Of a stretch of DNA of 64,000 nt, positions 56,053 through 64,000 are shown piece after piece; the stretch's first letter is position 1; the number at the start of each line of letters is the position of its first letter. The position numbers and the translations under genes are program-made. Source of the stretch: Ophelia neglecta (taxonomy: Eukaryota); contig OZ260665.1 in assembly GCA_965285935.1 (NCBI GenBank), forward strand, positions 28,148,001-28,212,000. The letters are read 5' to 3'. The notes below the pieces were generated by a model. It saw only the letters and a program-made list of their open reading frames with translations. It did no database searches and was not told the origin of the DNA.

Positions 56053-58399
56053 TACATCAGGTATTGGTTGGGGCAGCCTTTGGTATACAGCAGTGTCTGT
56101 GCCCTGGACCCCAGGGAGGGTATGGCTCAGCCCTGTCAGTGGTGACCAGCCTAGTGGGGGGTGACTGAGGGGGCAGGGACCTCCCCACACCTGTCATTAC
56201 AGCCCCACCTCCCTGGCCCACAGACTGACACACCTGACCTGCCCATTGTCACAGCAGCCTTTGATGTGGACAGGTAGGCATTGACAGAGGAAGGTCTGCT
56301 GCCATTACTGGGATCTATCTGCATCAAATCTCAATTAATATCTCTTTTAACTAGCTGCTGCACTTGTTACATATCAAATCAGCTTTTATATCATTCAGCA
56401 TTCATGTGCTGATATAACATCAATGCCATGCTGTTTTTAGATCTAATACCACACACCTTTTCCTTTGACCATCAATGTCAATTTGATGTTAGGCTAGTGC
56501 AGGTTAATGTTTTATTGGTATCATTGGCTTTCATCCTATTAACTTCCCAAGGATACTGTATTAGTTATTTAGGTAGCCTTCATGACCTGGGATATGTATG
56601 ATTCAGGGGGCATCAAGTACACTCCCACCCACGCCCTCTCCAGCTACATAGTAGATTTACCTAGTGTAACATTATTGTATCAGTCAGGGGTAATAAATCA
56701 GTAAATTAAAGCCTGTTCTTTGATGTGTGTGACCGGGCGCTGGACCTATTGACACTGGACATGTTTAATGCAAAGACCAAGCTACATTTACCACCCCCCA
56801 GCTTGTAATGGAAGCCTACCTGTATCTACAGGGCATGACCTCACAGGGGTGGATTGGGACCCACACTGTTGGGGGTGGGAGGGAGGCTTTGATCTCTTCT
56901 TGTAGGGGCACTCCCACGCTAGTCTTCCTGGTACATCTTAGTGTAAATCACCCCTTTTGGTACTTTCGTATTTGCATTAGTTACTAATGGCAATGAAATA
57001 TTAATTATATCTTTATTTTCAGCCAATAAATATTCCTTAATTATCTGAATCTTTTGCTCCCTGCCTTTTTCTAGACTAAGGCGATGGGATTAAGGGACCT
57101 GTAAAAAGAGAAGTTCCATACCTCCCCCCTGTAGCTATGCCCCTGATCCCCCCCCCCCCCCCTCCCCCCAACCATGCCTCTGACCCACTCATGCATCATG
57201 GAAAAAGGCAAAACATACCATTGATCATCCTGCCAGCTGTAATTAAATAGCTTTTTCTGTTGTGTTTGGCCGGAACCAGATCTGATTTTATTCTATTAAC
57301 TGCTGATTATTAATATAAGTGATTAAATCTGCAGGAAAAAAGTGAAGTTGCCAAGGTTATTATTGAATTGATGCCATTAGAATTCACTGCCAACTGTCTG
57401 GTTTAAATTCTCATACCTAAATACAGTATGTCATAAATCTACAAAAAGAAATAATTTATGACATGTGTGTAAATTGCTGGCTTTGAGCGTTGTGCTTTTT
57501 GTGTTATCAGAAATTCAACTCATTGGGGATGAATGGCCGATAGTCACATTGTCGATTATAAATCTACCATAGAAAACTGATGATGGCTTTCAATTGTAGA
57601 TGGTTTTCATTCCTTTTGATGTATGGCTTTCTACACATTCACGTCAGAATAAATAATAGTGCTGTAATTGGAAAACAGAGTGGTTGCAGTTGCCGTATGC
57701 TGGTTTTTTTAACATCCTGGGCCTCCTGACTGACAAGCAAGCTGGTACACTGGTTTGTACAGGGAGATAGGGGACTGCAAAAAGGAAGGGGAAGATCTGG
57801 GGGGGGGGGGGGGAGTTTCAGGAACCAGCCCATAAAAATAGGTCAGCTTGGGTACTTTCATAAAAACCTCTTAACTTATTAATACCAGACATTTTGGTTC
57901 AGAGCACAAGGTCATTGTCAAGGGGGGTAGAGAATGGGGAATAGTGCTAGTAGGGGTGGGGCGGTGGGGTGGGGAGGGTGGTGGAGTGGGGAGGGTCGGT
58001 TGGGAGAGGTGATGGGACAGGCAGGGTAGAGGAAGCCTGTCATTGGCAGAATATAAACACTTCTTAGTATATCCACAAATTGAAAATGCTATGTGAATAG
58101 AAATAGTTATTCATCACTTCAGATAGTAAATCATGTGTAATGTTTAGAATGTTTTCTGTACTGTTTCGCTGCTAAAAGATAAGTAGAATTCATGGGCCAA
58201 AATGATGGATTAGGGTTTGGTTTGGGGGTAGGAGGCAGGTGACTTTCAAATGGAGACCTGTTTTCAGTAGAGTCAAGGTCGGTGAACAAAACACAAGTCA
58301 GAAAGCAAGAGATCCGACCATTTATGGATGGAAACCTAAATCCTATCATTGTATATTTGGGTAGTTTTAGATCCAGCCCTGCTGTAGTATGATTGATGG

Positions 58400-58620
58400 T
58401 GGCGGGGTCTCCTCTCCGGTGATGATGATGGATCATTCATCCTGCCATCGCCCTTTCACGTCCAGAGAAGGGCTCGTTAATCTCTGTCCTCTTCTCGGCA
58501 TTGTGGCTTGTGATGCATGAAGCGGAACTCACAAGCCACGCTCTGATGACTGCCGGCGGAAACGGACCTCAGCTTCTGAGTTGGTCGCTGCGCAATGGGC
58601 GCGTCTCGGCACGACGGTGA
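58400..58620. ncRNA. Candidate structured RNA or pre-miRNA-like hairpin element (unassigned)
   Basis: Perfect 11-bp inverted repeat gtggcttgtga/tcacaagccac (58503-58539) with extendable stem, flanking hairpins, and about 16 CpGs in 180 bp. Confidence 0.3.
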
Positions 58621-59040
58621 CAAATGAGTTTGGAGCTGATCAAATTGATGTCATAAATCACATGAGCATGTCCTAGGCAGGGTATTAACTTTAGCCATTG
58701 AACACATCATTTGATATGCACCAAATTGTGGAGGAGGCTATCTACACTGAGGAGATGGCCGTAGGCTTGGACTCTCAGCTTACCTGTATCACAGTTCCTC
58801 TGACTTGGAGAGGCAGCATTAACTGTCAAAAACAATTGGCTACATATTTATATCAGATATGTTATCCATTTATGAAAATATTGGCTGGCACACCAGCAAG
58901 GAAAAAGTTGTCTGTCTCAAGATAGAATAGCCCCTTCCTAGACTTTTGCTATTGCCTTCGTCCTATTTTCCTTTTTTCTTTAGTGTATTATGGCCTCTAG
59001 CTCATTTTCACACCCGTTAAATAAATCATTTGTCTTCCAG

Positions 59041-59064
59041 GACCACAATGTGTCTTTTATCATG
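59041..59064 (+). other. Candidate 24-nt frame-preserving microexon
   Basis: tttgtcttccag|GACCACAATGTGTCTTTTATCATG|gtaagc; no stop codon in any phase. Confidence 0.25.
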
Positions 59065-60394
59065 GTAAGCATTTAATCTGATTTATTCCATACAAAAAAT
59101 GTTGGTATATTAAGCAAACACAGATTAACAAGCATTAATTTTGTACTAGCTGCTTTACTGCTGGCCATAAAGACCTGCATGAGAGAAGTTATTCAGCCAC
59201 CAAATGGACCAGTACAATTTTGTATGATGGTAATTTGTGCTACCCTTGTCAATGAAGCACTGTGGTGTAGTCAGTCATACACCTCAGTTGATTTTAACCA
59301 CTTTAATGTTCCTTATTTTGAAAAGTTACAACACAGCTGTTATTTTCGAGGAGTAAAGCAGGACTGTTTTTGCAGGAATTCATTTTGTCTGCACATTATA
59401 TTCACATTTTTTCTAACTCTCAATGTGCAAAAACTGTTGGTTAGAATTTTTTCTGGTTTACAGAGTGTCAGATCTCATCTATGTTTGTGCTCCCAGCTGT
59501 TGTCCGCCTGGAACTAGAGGTCCCAGTTTTTAAATTAGAGGTGTAGTGTGTCACTCTTTGTCAACTAGCTATTGTGAAGTTACAGAGAGCTAGGCTCACA
59601 TTTAATGAGTTGTATGTCTAAATCCTTTGTCAAGAAACTGGTGGTTTTAAATGAGAAAGACTGTTATCTGAATGAGTAGTAACATCAAAAGCTGCTGATT
59701 AAATCCTGCAGCCCACCTGTTACAGCAGAGATGTACCATGCAACATTTTTATTTGGCACAGGTATGATATTATCATATTGAGGTGAAATCTTGGTAGACA
59801 GAAGATAAAATTGCCTGATAAATTTACATGTAGATGACAAAGGTTGGCCGCACAATGCCATGAGTATATGTAGTGAATTTAATGCTTTGAAAATATGTGA
59901 TCCCTTCACCTACAAAGGTATGTGTAATAAGCTGACCCCTTACTACAACCCTATCATGTAGACCACTCACACAGGTGCAAACCATATCTGGTTGCTATCA
60001 AAATATTTTCCCTTTCATACACCTTCAAAAGTTAACAAGAATCTGCATCCAGGCTCACTTCCCAAATATTTGTCAAGCCACCAGGGTGATAAGATGTCTA
60101 GTGGTGTTCAACAATGGCCTGTCATGTCTTGGTGGGCCCCAGTCAATCTGGAGAGCCACAATCAGGCGGCAATTAAAGGCTTGTCAGGCAAGTGCCATTT
60201 GCTGACTATCAATTAAAAACTTTGTCAGACATCAAAGGTTGGCGTGCGGGCTGTTTAGACTTCCTGTCCACGTAGAATCCATTAACATACAATGGCTGTT
60301 GATGTAATCCCTCGGTAATGATGACTTGGAGTGTTTCATGATAGGAAAAGGTACACCACTTCAACGGCTAACTATAGGCTAATAGGTCCTAACA

Positions 60395-60642
60395 CCCAGC
60401 AGGAACATGAGCTAATATGGCCTAATTCCCAGCAGGAATATGGGTCCATCCCCCAGGAGGAACAGGGGTCCATTGCCCAGCAGGAACAGGGGTCCATTGC
60501 CAAGCAGTAACAGGGGTCTATTGCCCAGCAGGAACATGGGTCAATTGCCCAGCAGGAACAGGGCTCCACCCCCCAGCAGTAACAGGGGTCTATTGCCCAG
60601 CAGGAACATGGGTCCATTGCCCAGCAGGAACAGGGGTCCATT
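60395..60642. repeat. 24-bp minisatellite (cccagcaggaacaggggtccattg), about 10 copies
   Basis: Direct periodicity. Confidence 0.94.
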
Positions 60643-60959
60643 TTCACTTTTCTCATACCAAGGTTGGTTTTAACTACACCCAACTGAACTAATTAGGGGT
60701 GTCTTGCTGGTAAAAGGGGCCACTCAGAGGTCTCCATTGTGGCTGGACAGCAGGCTTGCATGTTTCTTTATATTCAGCTGGGTTGGACATTACACTGATC
60801 CTACCAGAAAAGACACAGGTATCAACTCCATCAGGGTATAATCATCCCAGCCAAGTGGACAGTCCTGCATTAAGGCTGATCCTCTGTTAGGACACTCAGC
60901 TTCTTTGACGCCTTCTGGGGCACAAGTAACAGACCTCCATGTGGGGGCCTGCATCCGCT

Positions 60960-61070
60960 TGTCCACCATTCACCACAAGTATCAATGCTCCCACTGGGCT
61001 GCTTCAATGGGGGAATGTCCAAGATTCGCCACAAGTATCAAAGCTCCCACTGGGCCGCTGTAATGGGGTA
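60960..61070. repeat. 56-bp unit, 2 diverged copies
   Basis: ccacaagtatcaa.gctcccactggg at 60973 and 61029. Confidence 0.9.
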
Positions 61071-62291
61071 TACCAGTACAATGGCTAATAGAAAGAAGCT
61101 GGTAACGCATTTAAAAAGGTGTGGAAAACAGACCACTATTGGTTCCACTCTGAACAGGTCCTCTGTAGCAATGAGAAGATTATTGGCAATAGGTACAATC
61201 ACATCTAGAACACTAAGATAAAAACCAGGGCTTCCAAGCGTCATCCCATGTCTCCTTGTAATAATCAGAACAACATTAGTTGATAAATCTCTTTGCTTAA
61301 TTATTTGTTCTCGAAATATTCTGATTTTCACTGATTATTGATTAAGGAATGGTTCTAAACTTCAGATTTACAGGTTTTCAGTGTCAGGTTATGAGACAGG
61401 AAGTGGTTTTGAGAATGGCAGGCTGAAGTTCATGGGGTTATGGTTCACCCCATATATAGTATCTGTGTTATGGAGGTCATCAAGATATGGTTGTTACGGG
61501 AGTGTGGCGCCTGTCTTTGAAGTCCTATTGAGTGACCTGGACACTGTAATGAGACAGATACACTAAACCTGTGGCCAGCCTCTGACTGTCTAGGATTACT
61601 GTCGGCAGCATTGTGTCCTGCCCACCTACAGATCACATCCCCCAGGACCTCCAGCATTGTCCTGCCCAGCCTCAAAGGCCGCCTCACCCTGACATCAACC
61701 CTATCCACCAGACTCTACCTTTATACCACATAAAGCCAAGCCTCCTTTGTCATATTCAATTTCACATTTGTCAGCCACCAGATTGCTACCAAATTAATCT
61801 GCAGTTTGTTTGCTGCAGGCTGAAAATGGCAATGTTCTCCTTGTATAGCTGTTTTGAAAGCTCTACTTAGTAGGCTGTGTGTGTCTGCTAATCAGCGATG
61901 GCGGGAGCCAGTCAGGCAGAATGGTCAGACAGTGGCCAACAGATATCTTCCCACATTACCAAAGACTAATGTGCCTAAGCCATTTAAAATTGCACTATTG
62001 AAGTTTAATGAGTTAGAAACTGATTTTGTCCAATGTGCCTTTGAAAGTTGCTAATGGGCCGCCTTCTATTGTCACTGCCTAAAGTTTTCCCCCTGGGGCA
62101 AATCATTTACACTAAATAATGGGTTGGACACAGGTATAAGTTTGGGCACATCACAGTACAAACTTCTTCTTGTGGCATCAGCTGCATTTAAGACGGCTAC
62201 ATTTGAGACCTCTGCTTCCTCTATCTCGGTTAAACCTGATGCTAAAGTCACTGTGTTCCAAGTGACTGTGGTAGCTGCCACCCACTCGTAC

Positions 62292-62333
62292 CTGTCAATC
62301 ACACTGTGCCCGTAGACTGACAGCTGTCAATCA
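62292..62333 (-). promoter_or_regulatory. Putative TALE enhancer core: two perfect Pbx-Meis/Prep decamers (TGATTGACAG) plus palindromic TGACAGCTGTCA
   Basis: ctgtcaatca at 62292-62301 and 62324-62333; tgacagctgtca at 62318-62329. Confidence 0.6.
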
Positions 62334-63142
62334 TTATGCTTGAGGGGCATGTAATTGACAACATTTGTGCACCATGAGCCAACAAGGTTGTCAGTGTCAA
62401 CACTTTAGCTACCAAGTTGGCAGCCAGTCAAGTCACATGGAGCTCATTCAGCGGGCTCGGCATAGAGACCATTATTATAGCTGGTATTGATGTTGGTGGT
62501 GTGATTATTCTGTCTGGGCTGTGAAATAGCTATAGAAATGTCGAATAATCAGCAAGATAGACTCACACTTTGATCTCCGTCTATAGAACTGATCGCTTTG
62601 AACTTGATCGACTGGAACTATAATGTCACAGCATGCACCCTATCAATAGGCTAGAAAACTGGGAAAATAAATAACCAGTCCTTTTCTGGTTAATATCTAG
62701 TAAAAAATGCCATGTATGCATAGCAAGTCAGTGAAATGAGAGCTTTAAATCTGAATGCCTGGTTTTATCCCATACATGTACATGTGTGTTTGTTGGTATA
62801 GCTGTTTGCATTAATTGTGGTATTAATATTTGTCAGGCCTATCCTTACCCTGTCTCTTTGATACTGAGACTTCTCTGGGCTACTTAGGCTTACCTCAGCT
62901 TATAGTTGGTGTACATTAGAACAAATTTCTAATCCTACTTGTAATGGTTTTGACCATGCTCTCTTCTCTTGTGTTCAGTACTATTATATCTCTCACAAAG
63001 TAAAAGCTGGGGTGAAATGTTTGATTGAGAGTTTGAGAGTTGCAAATTTGAGAGAGAGAGAGAGTTTGAGAGAGAGAGTTTGAGGGGAGGGGGAGGGGGA
63101 CAACAATATGAGAGAAGATGATAGAGAGACAGTTATTACATA

Positions 63143-64000
63143 CCAATTGATGGCACTATGAGAGCAGCTGAGAGAGAGACATTACAGGTAGATTGGTGGC
63201 AGTATGAGAGCAGCCGAGAGAGAGATATTACAGGTAGATTGGTGGCAGTACAAGAGCAGCTGAGAGAGACATTACAGGTAGATTGGTGGCAGTATGAGAG
63301 CAGCCGAGAGAGAGAGACATTACAGGTAGATTGGTGGCAGTATGAGAGCAGCCGAGAGAGAGACATTACAGCCAGATTGATGGCAGTATGAGAGCAGCTG
63401 AGAGAGACATTAAATGTAGATTGATGGCAGTATGAGAGCAGCCGAGAGAGAGATATTACAAGTAGATTGGTGGCAGTACGAGAGCAGCTGAGAGAGACAT
63501 TACAGGTAGATTGATGGCAGTATGAGAGCAGCTGAGAGAGATATTACAGGTAGATTGGTGGCAGTATGAGAGCAGCCGAGAGAGAGAGACATTACAGGTA
63601 GATTGGTGGCCGTATGAGAGCAGCTGGGAGAGAGAGACATTACAGGTAGATTGGTGGCAGTATGAGAGCAGCCGAGAGAGAGACATTACAGCCAGATTGA
63701 TGGCAGTATGAGAGCAGCTGAGAGAGACATTACAGGTAGATTGATGGCAGTATAAGAGCAGCCGAGAGAGAGACATTACAGTTAGATTGATGGCAGTATG
63801 AGAGCAGCTGAGAGAGACATTACAGGTAGATTGGTGGCAGTATGAGAGCAGCTGAGAGAGATATTACAGGTAGATTGGTGGCAGTATGAGAGCAGCTGAG
63901 AGAGACATTAAACGTAGATTGATGGCAGTAATAGAGCAGCCGAGAGAGAGAGACATTACAGGTAGATTGATGGCAGTATGAGAGCAGCTGAGAGAGAGAC
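63143..64000. repeat. About 44-bp minisatellite (gagagagacattacaggtagattggtggcagtatgagagcagct) with variable internal (GA)n; runs off the window end
   Basis: Unit length varies in 2-bp steps through the embedded GA run. Confidence 0.97.

Noticed and set aside
61445-61708. RWAGH motif reminiscent of a LINE ORF2 C-terminus
   Set aside because: Five residues only; no reverse-transcriptase motifs nearby.

Overview
Eukaryotic, apparently invertebrate-animal genomic DNA. The repeat style suggests a mollusc or other lophotrochozoan, but the taxon cannot be fixed from sequence alone. I could not identify any protein-coding gene: every long ORF in the track lies inside a tandem repeat. The window reads as a large intron or gene desert. 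It holds about 15 unrelated minisatellite arrays (units 15-68 bp, several with higher-order structure), a recent 1,820-bp tandem duplication (492-4131), a short CAGT-ended MITE, a decayed tRNA-derived SINE and other decayed elements. The unique sequence is strongly CpG-depleted but interrupted by short CpG-retaining patches that look constrained. These and neighbouring segments carry TALE (Pbx-Meis TGATTGACAG, TGACAG), Pbx-Hox and TCF motifs, consistent with the regulatory landscape of a developmental gene. The best leads are a multi-hairpin CpG-rich element at about 58.40-58.62 kb (pre-miRNA-like geometry, plus an imperfect hammerhead-like core), a candidate 24-nt microexon at 59041-59064, a double Pbx-Meis element at about 62.3 kb, and a duplication breakpoint lying in one arm of a hairpin. 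All counts and alignments were made by eye.
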